Part shown: in pieces, positions 19,255-29,908 of the stretch | Layout: each line of letters begins with the position of its first letter | Numbering within the stretch: the first letter of the stretch is position 1 | Source: Candidatus Aminicenantes bacterium | GTDB lineage: Bacteria > Acidobacteriota > Aminicenantia > UBA2199 | Direction: 5' to 3' | Assembly (NCBI GenBank): GCA_030639305.1 | Contig: DAOWCY010000010.1 | Coordinates: 2,773 to 66,772 of the forward strand | Length of the DNA: 64,000 nt | Notes under the pieces: generated by a model | Seen by the model: only the letters and a program-made list of their open reading frames with translations | Database searches by the model: none | What the model was told of the DNA's origin: nothing | Translations under genes and position numbers: made by a program

Positions 19255-21204
19255 ATGATAAAGATAGGTCGTTTTCGTTACACAGCAAAGGAGGTAGAAA
19301 TGTTTATAAAGAAAAGTATAGTCCTGTTTGTTGGAGTACTGGTTTTCTTTGGCGCATCGCCGGGAGTGACAAACCAGGAGGAGAAAATACCCGGTGATTT
19401 TTTCCAAAAGCTTAAAACACTGGCGGACACAAAAAAGGAAGACAAAGATTACGGAGAGCTTTTTACCGAACTGCTCACAGACGAGGCACAATTAGGAAAA
19501 AACATCAAAGCGGGCGGAACTATAGAAGCTGAATGGATAAAGAGCGCCGGGGAAACCGGTGGTTATATTGGGGAAATTTTGCTGAAGCATCTGGGTGAAC
19601 CGGAAGATCTCGGCACCATCGCACAATTTTTAACGAAACTCAGGGAAGCACTAACAAAAGCGAACTATGTTACTGTGGGGTGCGATATATACAATGCAGT
19701 TATAGAGGTTATAGACAATGCATCTCCACAAGAGGAAGCGTCCCGGGATTTTTTCGAGAACGCCGGGTTAATGAAGAAACTCGAAGAAACCGAAAAAAAA
19801 CTGGTCTTCGACAGGTTAGCGGAATTCACCGGAATAGTATCCGCTTACCGGGATCACCTGGTCCGGGAACAGCTTATGGAGAAAAAGATAAAGAGTGAAC
19901 TGGAGAAAAGACAGGAAGAATGGCACGGAAAAATGAAAACAGCAGTGAACAATACCGGCATGCAGCTAAAAGAGAGTTTATATAAGAAATTTTTGTATAT
20001 CGGGTTATTATTCCTGTTCCTGGTGGCGCTAAACCTATTCTACATACTCTTCTTTATAAAACGAAGGATGGTAAAGAAAAAGTTAGACCAATTCGGGTCT
20101 GAAATCGAGGGTATCAGGAATACTTTAAAGAGAGAGAGTAATGGTTTCCAAAAGAAAGAAATCTACAGCGATCAAATTTTCTTATCAAGTTATTTGAAGG
20201 AGGATGGTTCAATGGTGAATCCAAACGAATTGCCGGGTACTCTTGACGGACATCTGAAACAGTTCAGGGCCATGGTGAATGAAAGACTCATAGGAATCGA
20301 AAGTGATTTGAAAAAGATTAAGCAAGAATACCCGGGTAGAAAAATCGGTGAGAAAAATGGGATCGAACGAAGAATTCAAGGCATCGAAGAACAATTGCGG
20401 CGCATAAATCACTTCCTGGATGCCGGGCGGGTGTCTCCGTCTCCCGGGGAAATGTCGCTGGCCGGTTTGATCGAATCCATCCCGGGAAAAGTTACCGAAG
20501 AAATCGCGGATGCTGAACGGGAAGTTTTAAAAGAGACCTGGAACTGGGAAACCTTTAAAACGATCAGGGTAAAATCAGCGATGTTCTCCGAAAGCGGAAA
20601 GAATAACGAGTTTTTCGACCTTTGTTATGAAATGGAAAAGAGACTCACTTTCAATGAGGATTTTTTATTATCTTATAAGAACACGGTTAGCTCCCTGCGA
20701 AACTATGATGAGATACTGACAAATATCGTTAATATCCCTAAAATAACCGGCGCCGCCCCGGGGCCTCGCTTAAAAGGCCCTACTCCCGGGAAAGACCTGC
20801 AAATAATCAGGCGGCACATCTATTTCCTTATATCTCTTCAAAGCACGGACATCCTCTCCAACCTGCCGGATTTCACCATTGAAAAATGGGTCAAAGAAGA
20901 GTTTCTGGAATTTACCGATCAATTTATGAGATATTATCAACGCAGTGTTTTCGAAGGGAAAGAAACCGGGCAATTGGAAGAAGTTAAAAGGTTAATCGAT
21001 AAAATTTTAGTCTTTGTCAATATCGAAGTCATCCCCCTGGAATTAGGCAAAACACTATTTGACAGTACGCTTCATATCGGGCGTTCCCATACCCGCGAAG
21101 CCTCGATGTATGACGGAACGGTGGCCGATGTGGTACGAAGCGGTTATAGAGAGATTAACGGGGTTGTTATCCAGCAGCCGGAAGTAATTGTCAACCGGTT
21201 GTAG
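19255..21204 (+). CDS. Signal peptide + TM + coiled coil + C-terminal GrpE-like domain
   Basis: C-terminus IPLELGKTLFDSTLH...DGTVADVVRSGY...GVVIQQPEVIV matches the GrpE head pattern. TM FLYIGLLFLFLVALNLFYILFFI. An alternative start at 19300 has its own AGGAGG RBS. Confidence 0.75.
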   Translation: MIKIGRFRYTAKEVEMFIKKSIVLFVGVLVFFGASPGVTNQEEKIPGDFFQKLKTLADTKKEDKDYGELFTELLTDEAQLGKNIKAGGTIEAEWIKSAGETGGYIGEILLKHLGEPEDLGTIAQFLTKLREALTKANYVTVGCDIYNAVIEVIDNASPQEEASRDFFENAGLMKKLEETEKKLVFDRLAEFTGIVSAYRDHLVREQLMEKKIKSELEKRQEEWHGKMKTAVNNTGMQLKESLYKKFLYIGLLFLFLVALNLFYILFFIKRRMVKKKLDQFGSEIEGIRNTLKRESNGFQKKEIYSDQIFLSSYLKEDGSMVNPNELPGTLDGHLKQFRAMVNERLIGIESDLKKIKQEYPGRKIGEKNGIERRIQGIEEQLRRINHFLDAGRVSPSPGEMSLAGLIESIPGKVTEEIADAEREVLKETWNWETFKTIRVKSAMFSESGKNNEFFDLCYEMEKRLTFNEDFLLSYKNTVSSLRNYDEILTNIVNIPKITGAAPGPRLKGPTPGKDLQIIRRHIYFLISLQSTDILSNLPDFTIEKWVKEEFLEFTDQFMRYYQRSVFEGKETGQLEEVKRLIDKILVFVNIEVIPLELGKTLFDSTLHIGRSHTREASMYDGTVADVVRSGYREINGVVIQQPEVIVNRL

Positions 21205-21223
21205 GAATACCGGGAAGGGCATC

Positions 21224-21970
21224 ATGCAAGACTTATCCAGCGAAGATATCTTAAAGCTGAAGGAAATATTCTTCGGCGAACCGCGCCAGCCGCAGACCGC
21301 CTGGTTACTGCCGGTGCAGGAACCCATTATCGATATTTGCGGTAAGGGTATACGAAGAGAAGACGATTCATTTTTCCTGGATATAGGTTCGATCCCGGTC
21401 ATGGAAACCGCAAACGAATCGGTATATGTAGCGAATCTTACCCAGCAGTCCCTGTTGGTATGGGTGGATGAAGTTGACGAACACATTTCCGCCCAATGGG
21501 AAAACAATACCACGGAGGCATTTATAGCGCAAGGCGGAGTGCAAAACAGGCTTGATTTAAGTTTTTACGACGATGCTTCCGGGGAGCGGGATTTCTCGAA
21601 AAAAATTAATATAAGCGCCGAAATGGAAACCGGTATAAGAAAGGAATTCTACCTGTTTTTTACAGGAAAAAGCGTCGTGACTCCCCCCCCGGAAGAAAAC
21701 GGAAAAGATGACACCGACGATATCGAACTCCCGGAAAAGCCCGGCGAAAGCGAAGATCTGCCGGCCGGAAAAGCATGTTTCCGCTGCCATATGGTTTCAT
21801 GCCTGGAAATACCCTACTGTTCGCTTTGCGGGTATGACATCCGGGAAGCGCCGCCGGTTCCGGGGGCGGAAGTGATGACCTGTCAAGCCTGCGGGCGTGA
21901 GTATACATCCTCTATAGGATATTGCCCCGATGATGGGAAACCCTTAGTAAAAAAAATTTTAGGAGGTTGA
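21224..21970 (+). CDS. Double zinc-ribbon protein with N-terminal beta-rich domain
   Basis: CFRC...CSLCG and CQACG...CPDDGKPL. Start placed at ATG 21224, after the upstream stop. Confidence 0.75.
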   Translation: MQDLSSEDILKLKEIFFGEPRQPQTAWLLPVQEPIIDICGKGIRREDDSFFLDIGSIPVMETANESVYVANLTQQSLLVWVDEVDEHISAQWENNTTEAFIAQGGVQNRLDLSFYDDASGERDFSKKINISAEMETGIRKEFYLFFTGKSVVTPPPEENGKDDTDDIELPEKPGESEDLPAGKACFRCHMVSCLEIPYCSLCGYDIREAPPVPGAEVMTCQACGREYTSSIGYCPDDGKPLVKKILGG

Positions 21971-23298
21971 AATTGAGCCGAACAGATTGTCCATATGTAG
22001 ATTGCCGGGAAGCAAAAGTGACCGCCAATGCAGCGGTCTGCCCCGGGTGTAAAAGGTGGCTGAATAGATGTGGCAAATGTCGCACCCCAAACCGGTCATT
22101 CGCGAATTATTGTCGATCTTGTGGAAAAGGATTACCTGTATTAAATGAATTCTGGCCGGCATCGAGAGGTGGTGCGCAGCGCCTAAGCTTCAGCCGTCAG
22201 GCTGCCCCGGTAACGCTGCCGGATATGAAGGTAGAAGAAATCAAAGTTTTACGTTTTAGCGGACGTTGCAGAAGTTTACTGGCGGAAGACGGTTACCTGT
22301 TTGTGGTGTCCGACAGCGGTATTATCCAGGTGGTTGATTTAAACCGTATCGAAACGGAACCTTATACTTTTAATGTAGGAGGAAAAATTTTCGCTGAGCC
22401 TGCTGTACATGCAGGCACCCTGTATGTGGGCTTCCTGGAAGACGATACCCGGGACCGCGGAGTAGTGGCAGCCTATACGCTGGGCGACATTACCGGCAGT
22501 CAACCGGGAGTGAAACTGCGTTGGAGCTTAGACCTGGAAGGCAGGCCGGTCCAGGGGCTGCTGCCTTTTGGCGACAGGCTTTACCTTAATATCGGTTTTA
22601 AAAACGCCCGCAGGGAGATACAATACATCGAAAATATCGGTAAAGAGAATCCGTCAAAACCCTTGACCGTGGATGATGGAGAGAGAATAAGCACCTTAGC
22701 GGCTAATCCACCTACCGGGAAGGTTTTTTTCTTATCGCAAAAAGACAGCCGCCTATTTGTGAATATATTCGATCATTCCCAGGGGCCTCACCCGGAAATG
22801 GAAAGCAGTCAAATTAACGGCGCCCCAGCCGACTTCCTGGAGCATATCCCGGCAGCAGTAATGGGCGCCAAGTTATTTGCCGTTTTTGGAGAGCAGAAGC
22901 ATTTATGCCGGATAGACACACACAGCAGCAGCTTCGACATCAAAATTTGTGCGGGAGTGCGTAATTTTGCACTTTCAGGCATGAGCAGGCAGGTCATCGT
23001 TAATACCACCGGTATTTTTTCAACCATCGGCAATCTCCAGGAAGATTTGATTCGCGGGGAAGGAATCGTCAGCGGCCCCGTTATTACCCGGGAAAACATG
23101 GTGGTTGTAGGTATGAGGGACGGCAAAATCCGTTTTTACCGGGCGGATAATTTAGCCGTGCAGTTGGATTACCAGGCCTTTGACGCCGACCGCAAAGTAC
23201 TGGCGCTTGCGACCTTTAAAGATATGATCGCGGCAGGCAGCCAGGTTGGAGAAGCCAGGTTGCTTCGTATCGGACCCGCGGGCGCCCGGGCTGGATAA
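21967..23298 (+). CDS. Double zinc ribbon + PQQ/BamB-like beta-propeller protein
   Basis: CPYVDC, CPGC, CGKC, CRSCG; WPASRGGAQR; FAEPAVHAGTLYVG; SGPVITRENMVVVGMRDGKIRFY. Start overlaps the upstream stop. Confidence 0.75.
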   Translation: MKLSRTDCPYVDCREAKVTANAAVCPGCKRWLNRCGKCRTPNRSFANYCRSCGKGLPVLNEFWPASRGGAQRLSFSRQAAPVTLPDMKVEEIKVLRFSGRCRSLLAEDGYLFVVSDSGIIQVVDLNRIETEPYTFNVGGKIFAEPAVHAGTLYVGFLEDDTRDRGVVAAYTLGDITGSQPGVKLRWSLDLEGRPVQGLLPFGDRLYLNIGFKNARREIQYIENIGKENPSKPLTVDDGERISTLAANPPTGKVFFLSQKDSRLFVNIFDHSQGPHPEMESSQINGAPADFLEHIPAAVMGAKLFAVFGEQKHLCRIDTHSSSFDIKICAGVRNFALSGMSRQVIVNTTGIFSTIGNLQEDLIRGEGIVSGPVITRENMVVVGMRDGKIRFYRADNLAVQLDYQAFDADRKVLALATFKDMIAAGSQVGEARLLRIGPAGARAG

Positions 23299-23311
23299 AA
23301 AATAATGAAAC

Positions 23312-25147
23312 ATGAAATATGAAAGTAAGGAAGAAAAAATGAGATTAAAAAAAAGAATTCTATGTATTGTTTTTGTAATCACCACCGTCGTTTTTTCCCC
23401 GGCAGTTTTTCCCGCACAGGTAGAAATAGGCACGGAAACAGCGGTGAAAGTTTTGTATGATTTCTCGGGCAGTATGTACCCGGGCTATCCCCACACTCCG
23501 CGGCATATATCGGGAGTAGACTATTTTCACCGCTATGAGCGTTTTCGCACCTGGTTCCGCGGTTTTATATCCGCGCAGACCCGGTTTAACGCGGGGAAAG
23601 TATCGTTGTCCATCTTCCGGTCCCTGCGCAGTTTTCAACCGGGAGATATCAAGGAAACGCACCCGCCCGTACCGGTGCGTGAATTTAATGTTAGCAAGGC
23701 TTTTTCCCAATCGAAACCCCCGGGCGTAGACTACACCTACCTGGCGGAAAGTCTCGATCACTTTACCGGGAATAATTTTGCGGGAATCGTATGGTTAATA
23801 ACGGACAACCGGGTGGAAACAGGGGGCGCGCATACCACCAGGGATTTTTTTATCGGTTTACGGGATAAACCGAAGTACCGCTCTGTTCACATTTACAAAT
23901 TACCCTTCGAGGACCAGGCCAGGAACCAGCGTTCCGACCTGGCGGTTTACGGCATTCTCGTGTCACCGGAACCTATCGCCGACCAAACCGCGCAATGGTA
24001 TGATGAACGTTTTTTTGAATTTGAAAATATATTCGGAGAAAGGCTGCATCTCAAATTAAAAGACTTAAGCGTCAATCCCATCAACATCGACATTGAACCG
24101 GTTGAAATAAATATTGCCGCTTACCAAAAAAAATTTTCCGAAGGCAAGATCGTTAATATTCCCATGAAAGGAAAAATTAGAAGCAACCTGACCCAGCATA
24201 CCATAACGAAAGGCACACTGAAGATAGAAATGACCGGGGATTTTATCCCGGATGCGAAAGCGCGGAAAGATTATGGCGTGGAAAATGTATCCTGTAAATT
24301 GTTCAGGGAAGTTGAAATTAACCTGCCGGAAGATATCCCGCCAAAGGGTACGAAAGAATTAAACCAATTCTATATAAAATCAAAAAAGAAAGTGCCTCTC
24401 TCTTTTTCCGGGATCGGCAATTCGATTAAGGCGGCAGCCGGTGGGCTGCGGGTAAAATACACGGGAAAGGGGCGCGTCTCTTCCGACCGTATCCAGGTGG
24501 CATTAAAACAAGAAGGCTGGGATCGCATCAACGGCATCTACTCCAGTGGAGAAATCGGACCTGTTTTCGGCGCCCAATCAGAAGTAGAAGAAATCCAGGC
24601 CAAACCCGCCGATTTTGAAATATCCTTTCTCTTAAAGAACAGGAACATCTGGGGCCTGATACTTTTGCTGGCGGTACTTTTGCTGCTGGTGCCGTTAGTA
24701 CTATTAGGGATTTTTTTGACTCGCAGGGAAAAATATCGTATCCACCATGAACAAAATGAGGAAACCATCGAATTGATGCGCCTAAGCAGCCGCGGCATAA
24801 GGTGCGGCAATTTCCACCTGGGAGTATTAAAACGGGGCCTGGGAAACCGCGACACTTTTACCCCCAATAGGGCCCGGGCCGGTTTAAGCGTTTCTCCCGG
24901 CAAACAAAAGGGGGAATTCGCTGTTTCAATCGATACCAAGGATGAAAAAAAATCCTTTAAACTGACCATCGAACCGTTAAATAAATCAAGGGCCATCGAA
25001 CATATAACCGGCCCCTCTACACACACCCGCTCCACTCCCGGCGCCGGGGTGGGGAGACACACCGGAACCGGGCCTACATCCCCCGGTAACCGGGGTGCAA
25101 AACCGGGCAAAAGCGGACCCGGCATAAAAATTCGACGTCCAACGTAA
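23312..25147 (+). CDS. Secreted vWA-domain protein with C-terminal TM and cytoplasmic tail
   Basis: Signal peptide; MIDAS VLYDFSGSM (DxSxS), YTYL, VWLITDN; TM IWGLILLLAVLLLLVPLVLLGIFL. True start may be 23339. Confidence 0.75.
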   Translation: MKYESKEEKMRLKKRILCIVFVITTVVFSPAVFPAQVEIGTETAVKVLYDFSGSMYPGYPHTPRHISGVDYFHRYERFRTWFRGFISAQTRFNAGKVSLSIFRSLRSFQPGDIKETHPPVPVREFNVSKAFSQSKPPGVDYTYLAESLDHFTGNNFAGIVWLITDNRVETGGAHTTRDFFIGLRDKPKYRSVHIYKLPFEDQARNQRSDLAVYGILVSPEPIADQTAQWYDERFFEFENIFGERLHLKLKDLSVNPINIDIEPVEINIAAYQKKFSEGKIVNIPMKGKIRSNLTQHTITKGTLKIEMTGDFIPDAKARKDYGVENVSCKLFREVEINLPEDIPPKGTKELNQFYIKSKKKVPLSFSGIGNSIKAAAGGLRVKYTGKGRVSSDRIQVALKQEGWDRINGIYSSGEIGPVFGAQSEVEEIQAKPADFEISFLLKNRNIWGLILLLAVLLLLVPLVLLGIFLTRREKYRIHHEQNEETIELMRLSSRGIRCGNFHLGVLKRGLGNRDTFTPNRARAGLSVSPGKQKGEFAVSIDTKDEKKSFKLTIEPLNKSRAIEHITGPSTHTRSTPGAGVGRHTGTGPTSPGNRGAKPGKSGPGIKIRRPT

Positions 25148-25178
25148 AAAATATAAAAATCCAAGGAGGAAAAATAAA

Positions 25179-25640
25179 ATGAAACAATTACTTAAAGTTT
25201 TCCTGGTGTTACATTTGTTGATTGGGATAACCTGGCTATTCTCGCCTGTTGACTGCAGCCTGTCCTGGGAAATTTCGCTGTCGGCGGCCCCTCAGCAGGA
25301 TAGTCCCGGCATACCGGACATATTTGCCGATGAGGAAGATTCGAAAAGCTTTTTCATGAACGGCGTGATATTCATCGCCAGTCTGGCGCTGTTATGGTTC
25401 CTGTTTTACAAACTGCTGTATCCCTTCCTGTTGAAGTATTACCAGCCATCTTATTGCAAAAAATTGTTCTGGTCGCTGCTGATGCTTTATGGACTGGGTT
25501 GGATCACCATCGGCTCTTACATTCTTTTCGAGTTCGGATTCCGCATCGATCTTTTGAAATGGGTGTTCGTATTCATCGGCATCATCTGGATCATCTGGTT
25601 CCTGCTCATCATGTTAAAAAAGGATGAAGCCTATTATTAA
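25179..25640 (+). CDS. Small integral membrane protein (signal/TM + 3 TM)
   Basis: Four hydrophobic segments; AAGGAGG RBS. Confidence 0.75.
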   Translation: MKQLLKVFLVLHLLIGITWLFSPVDCSLSWEISLSAAPQQDSPGIPDIFADEEDSKSFFMNGVIFIASLALLWFLFYKLLYPFLLKYYQPSYCKKLFWSLLMLYGLGWITIGSYILFEFGFRIDLLKWVFVFIGIIWIIWFLLIMLKKDEAYY

Positions 25641-25669
25641 ATCCTGTAGAGGATTAAGGAGAAAGTATT

Positions 25670-28600
25670 ATGGCATTTGAACAATTATTCAAAGGGGATA
25701 TAACCCCGGCTGCAATAAAGCATGAAACGCCGATTAGCCCCACACTGGTCTTAGGCTTAGGCGGAACAGGTAAAGACGTACTGCTGCGGCTGCGCCGCTT
25801 AATCGTGGAACGCTTCGGCTCTCTCGATCATTTACCCTGCCTGGAATTCCTGCATATCGATACGGATCAGAAGCAAACAGCCAAAGAGCAGTATGATCTA
25901 AAGTCCGATGACGACCCCTTATACAAAAAAATCAGGTTCCAGCCCTCGGAAACCATACCTCTTACCATCGACGGCGGCACCAACAGGTATATATCTCATA
26001 TTCACAAATACCCCCACATCAAACGCTGGTTCCAGAATAAAGGAAAGATCGCAGGTCTGGGCGACCTGGGCGAAGGAGCCGGGCAAATCCGCATGGCCAG
26101 CCGTCTTTCATTTTTCCACGAACCTAATTTTACCCGCATCAGCGACTCCCTCAACCGCATCAAATCCAGGCTGCAGGACCCCAAAATCACGGAAAAGATC
26201 GCTAAATATAATTTTGCATTTAATCCCCAGAGTACGGAAATCTTTGTCATTACGTCTATCGGCGGTGGAACCGGCAGCGGGATTTTTATCGATATAGGAT
26301 TTCTTTTACGAAAAATATTCAGCAGCGCGGAACGGGTAGGAATGCTCTTTATGCCCACACTGTTTGGAAAATATGCCGGGCATCCGCGGATTTATGCCAA
26401 CGGTTACGCCGCATTGATGGAACTGAACAATTACTCTTTCGGGAATAAGTTTTTGGCGGATTGGACCGGGCGCAGCATGGAAGAATCGCTGCCCCCGCCT
26501 TTTTCCTACACCTACTTCATCGATGCCACCAATGAGTCGAACTTCACCGAAAACAATGAAAAATCCCTTTACCAGATGATTGCCGAAACCATCTTCCAGG
26601 ATTATTCCGTTGGCGGCTTTGCCGGGATGAAGCGCTCCACCCGCGTCAACCTCGTGCAGTATACCATGAATGTTTACCTGCATGATTATTGGGGAATCGG
26701 GGGAGCAAACACAGGCGCCGCCAGGCATGTTAAAGGGGATACCTACCCCACCCGTTTCAGTTCCCTGGGTCTCGGGGTGATATCCTTCCCCGTGCACCGG
26801 GTGCGCAGCGCCTGCGCCAGCCGGCTGGCCCGGGAAATATTGGAATTCTGGCAGAGCAAAATTATCGACGACCCCCTGGAAAAACTAATTACCTCGTTTT
26901 TGACCCTTTCCGGCATATCCTTTTTCCAGGGAGAATACGACAGGCGCGACGGCGGTGGTCGCATCGAAAAAATGGATATCGAAGACGAAATGTTATATTA
27001 CAACAAAGATGCCGGGGAAACCTTCCAGGACTACCTGTGGGGGAAAAATCTCAACGCCAAAAAAAACGTCCAATCCGCTGCCAAAGGAAATCTTGCCGCC
27101 ATGCTGCAGGAACACCGGGACCGTTTCGACCAATTGATGACGAAAGAAGACAGCGAGGATTCTAAGGAATGGGGCGAAGATGTCCGGCTCATCGAAAGCA
27201 ACATGCGCAGCTATTTAGAACGGCTCAAAAAAGGCATCAAAAAAGAAGCGGACCGGCTGGCTAATTCATCCGATTACGGCATCGCCTATACGCTCTCCCT
27301 GCTCAGGGCGCTGAAAGAGATGCTGCCCAAAGGGAGTGCCGAAGACAGCTTCAAATACCTCATCTATTTCGAAGAAAGCACCCCCGCCTGGCAGGAAGCC
27401 ATAACTGATTTTCGCGGCCGGCTGGAACAACTGCACATGGACCTGGAACGGCACGACAGCAGGCTCATGTTTCGTACAGAGGATGTGAAACGTGACATCG
27501 AACATCTTTTCGGAACCAAAGAGGAACCGGGAGTGCTCTATAATTACATGTTTGCCCGGGTAATGAAGCAAGTGGTCAAGCGAAGCAAACTTATAATCGA
27601 AGAAATCGATGAATTCCTGGGAAAAGATTCTGCTGTAGGCAAAGGCTTGTTAAGTGAATATCATCGACTGCTTGGCGGATTCGCCAAATTAAATTCCCTG
27701 TTTAAAAACAAAGAAGCCTATTTTTCCCGGGACATTTATACTGAGAAAGGATATACCTTCTGGATCAGTTTGTACCGGGAAGGAGACGTATCGCAGTGGT
27801 ATGAAACCTGGATGGGTAAAGAGGACGCCGCTCGCGCCAATGTGGAGGAGATCGGCAATCGCTTACTCAAAAATGTGTTCAACGTAGACACTGTCACCGA
27901 AGCCCTGGCCCACATCGAGCGCACACCCGAAGAAGAAATCGAGGAAAAAGTCCTGTTTTACTGTAAAAAATACTTTGACGACCGTCCTGAACAGCCCGCT
28001 GCCCTGGAAATCTTTATGAACTCCGACCGTTTTTCAAGGGACCGGCAGCAGCAGGTTATCAAGCAGGCTTTCGACATGTCGCGTGTGTGGGTGAAAGGTG
28101 GTGGCATCGATCATGTCAATGTTCATTCTCCCGGTTCCGGTCAGAAGCCATTCTACATCGGTGTGGATGGAAACGATAAAGTAAGACGGAAAGATTTTCT
28201 CGACATTGTCGATAGGATTAAACTACCTGGAGAGGACACCCAGGTATTGGATATAGGCGGTGATAACAAAAGCTCCATCGTTTTTTATAATGAACTGGCC
28301 GGTATTACGGCATTTTACCCTTACCCGGTAGCCGCGCAGGGAGGCCTGAAACAGCGTTACAATGAATTCTATTCCAATTCCGGTAAATTCGACCCCGACA
28401 ACCAGGAAGAGCTGCACACCGATAAAAACCGGTTCCAGTTTAATGACCTGATCCCCAAAACAGATGAAGAATCCATCCGCTACAAAGAGGCTGTCCAGGC
28501 CTTTGTACTGGCGCGTCTTTTGGGCATGCTGCGGGTGGAGATAACCTCCGAAGAACCCGGGAATGTCGAGCAGGTCTACTGTTATCAATACCGGGACGAG

Positions 28601-29875
28601 CATGACGGCACCATCCATGAATCCACCCTGGGGGATGAAGCCAATGCCATGGATTTACTTTTCCGGGACACATCGTCCAGTGACAACTGGCGGGTAAAAA
28701 TCCTGGAAGAAGTAGACAAATTAGTAAACCTGTTGATACAGGGGAAAATGTTGGCAAACTATTTGCTGCTCATCGAATTTTACCAGCGCCAGGTTTACCC
28801 GCTGAAAACGGAAACGGACAAAGAACGCGGCAATATGCAGATCACCCGCTACTCCCCTCAGTATGCCATACTGGAAACGGAAAGAAAAAGGATCTACGAA
28901 AAAAAATTGGCGGAACCTCAGTTGAAACAACAAGCGGTCCATGCCCTGAACGCCCTGCGCGGCCGGGTGGAAGCCCGCGGCATGAAGTATAACGATTATA
29001 CGGCGGCTTTAGAAAGCTTTTCAAAAGTATCGGGGAAATTCGGAGCGCTTGAAGAGACATCGCTGGGAAATCCAAAAACATCATATCATGAAGCATTCGC
29101 ATTGGATACCACCAAAACGGGAATGTTACAACCCGCGACCCTGTCCAAAAAAGTGACCCAACGCAAAACAAAGCAGCCGGTAAAAGAGAAAACCGCTCAG
29201 CCGGGGCCGGAGACAGCAGTTCGTCCCTGCCCATGCTGCGGCCAGAAAATAAATATCCGGGCAATCTTTTGTTTTCACTGTAAAAAGGAATTGGGGCGTC
29301 ATCTCGAATGCCCCCACTGCGGTGAAACCAAAGTCCCGGAAGATTTGCAAAACTGCTGGAAATGCGGCCGTTCCCTGCGCCTGGAGAAAAAAATCCTCTG
29401 CCCGAAATGCTTTTCCTACGAGGGCTACCAGGACGAATTCCCCTGTAAAGTGTGCGGATATATCCCGGGAAACGAAGAGAATGTCCATGCGCCGCATGAT
29501 TCCGAAGGATCGCCACCCCCTACCCGGCAGCAAGTCGAGAACCCCATGGAAGCAGGAAATCCCGGCGCCACCCCCGGTAGCGGAGAAAATGAAAAAGCAA
29601 ATACAACTCCGGCTGCCGAAGAAAATGCGGACGAAACAGGAACCCAAAGGGCAGGCGAGCCGGGACAGGAACAGGAGCACCGCCATGACCGGGAGAACCG
29701 GCAGGAACCGGGAATAGCCCCTGGACCCGCCGGGCCGGGAGCAGCGGAACCACCGGAACAAGCGCCTGATCCGGAGCCGCGGGCTGATGAGGGAAAGATC
29801 GAATGTCCCAATTGTTTTGAAATGGTAGAAAAAGGTCCCCGCTGTCTCGTTTGCCAGGCCCCCCTGGATGTATAG
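25670..29875 (+). CDS. Tubulin/FtsZ-like GTPase (Tubulin_2/FtsZl type) with long helical region and C-terminal zinc ribbons
   Basis: LVLGLGGTGKD, HIDTD, GAGQIRMASRL and the tubulin signature SIGGGTGSG; YANGYAALMEL. C-terminal CPCC/CFHC/CPHC/CWKC/CPKC/CKVC/CPNC/CLVC with an acidic Pro-rich linker. Confidence 0.92.
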   Translation: MAFEQLFKGDITPAAIKHETPISPTLVLGLGGTGKDVLLRLRRLIVERFGSLDHLPCLEFLHIDTDQKQTAKEQYDLKSDDDPLYKKIRFQPSETIPLTIDGGTNRYISHIHKYPHIKRWFQNKGKIAGLGDLGEGAGQIRMASRLSFFHEPNFTRISDSLNRIKSRLQDPKITEKIAKYNFAFNPQSTEIFVITSIGGGTGSGIFIDIGFLLRKIFSSAERVGMLFMPTLFGKYAGHPRIYANGYAALMELNNYSFGNKFLADWTGRSMEESLPPPFSYTYFIDATNESNFTENNEKSLYQMIAETIFQDYSVGGFAGMKRSTRVNLVQYTMNVYLHDYWGIGGANTGAARHVKGDTYPTRFSSLGLGVISFPVHRVRSACASRLAREILEFWQSKIIDDPLEKLITSFLTLSGISFFQGEYDRRDGGGRIEKMDIEDEMLYYNKDAGETFQDYLWGKNLNAKKNVQSAAKGNLAAMLQEHRDRFDQLMTKEDSEDSKEWGEDVRLIESNMRSYLERLKKGIKKEADRLANSSDYGIAYTLSLLRALKEMLPKGSAEDSFKYLIYFEESTPAWQEAITDFRGRLEQLHMDLERHDSRLMFRTEDVKRDIEHLFGTKEEPGVLYNYMFARVMKQVVKRSKLIIEEIDEFLGKDSAVGKGLLSEYHRLLGGFAKLNSLFKNKEAYFSRDIYTEKGYTFWISLYREGDVSQWYETWMGKEDAARANVEEIGNRLLKNVFNVDTVTEALAHIERTPEEEIEEKVLFYCKKYFDDRPEQPAALEIFMNSDRFSRDRQQQVIKQAFDMSRVWVKGGGIDHVNVHSPGSGQKPFYIGVDGNDKVRRKDFLDIVDRIKLPGEDTQVLDIGGDNKSSIVFYNELAGITAFYPYPVAAQGGLKQRYNEFYSNSGKFDPDNQEELHTDKNRFQFNDLIPKTDEESIRYKEAVQAFVLARLLGMLRVEITSEEPGNVEQVYCYQYRDEHDGTIHESTLGDEANAMDLLFRDTSSSDNWRVKILEEVDKLVNLLIQGKMLANYLLLIEFYQRQVYPLKTETDKERGNMQITRYSPQYAILETERKRIYEKKLAEPQLKQQAVHALNALRGRVEARGMKYNDYTAALESFSKVSGKFGALEETSLGNPKTSYHEAFALDTTKTGMLQPATLSKKVTQRKTKQPVKEKTAQPGPETAVRPCPCCGQKINIRAIFCFHCKKELGRHLECPHCGETKVPEDLQNCWKCGRSLRLEKKILCPKCFSYEGYQDEFPCKVCGYIPGNEENVHAPHDSEGSPPPTRQQVENPMEAGNPGATPGSGENEKANTTPAAEENADETGTQRAGEPGQEQEHRHDRENRQEPGIAPGPAGPGAAEPPEQAPDPEPRADEGKIECPNCFEMVEKGPRCLVCQAPLDV

Positions 29876-29908
29876 GCCAGCGATCATTTATTTAATTAGG
29901 AGGTAAAT

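Noticed and set aside
14810-21204. Housekeeping dnaK-grpE operon
   Set aside because: Extra Zn-ribbon/Ig domains, no lid, a TM on the GrpE-like protein, and no hrcA or dnaJ; gene symbols withheld.
25670-29875. Cell-division ftsZ
   Set aside because: 1401 aa long, Tubulin_2-type motifs (GAGQIR, GGGTGSG) and no dcw cluster context.
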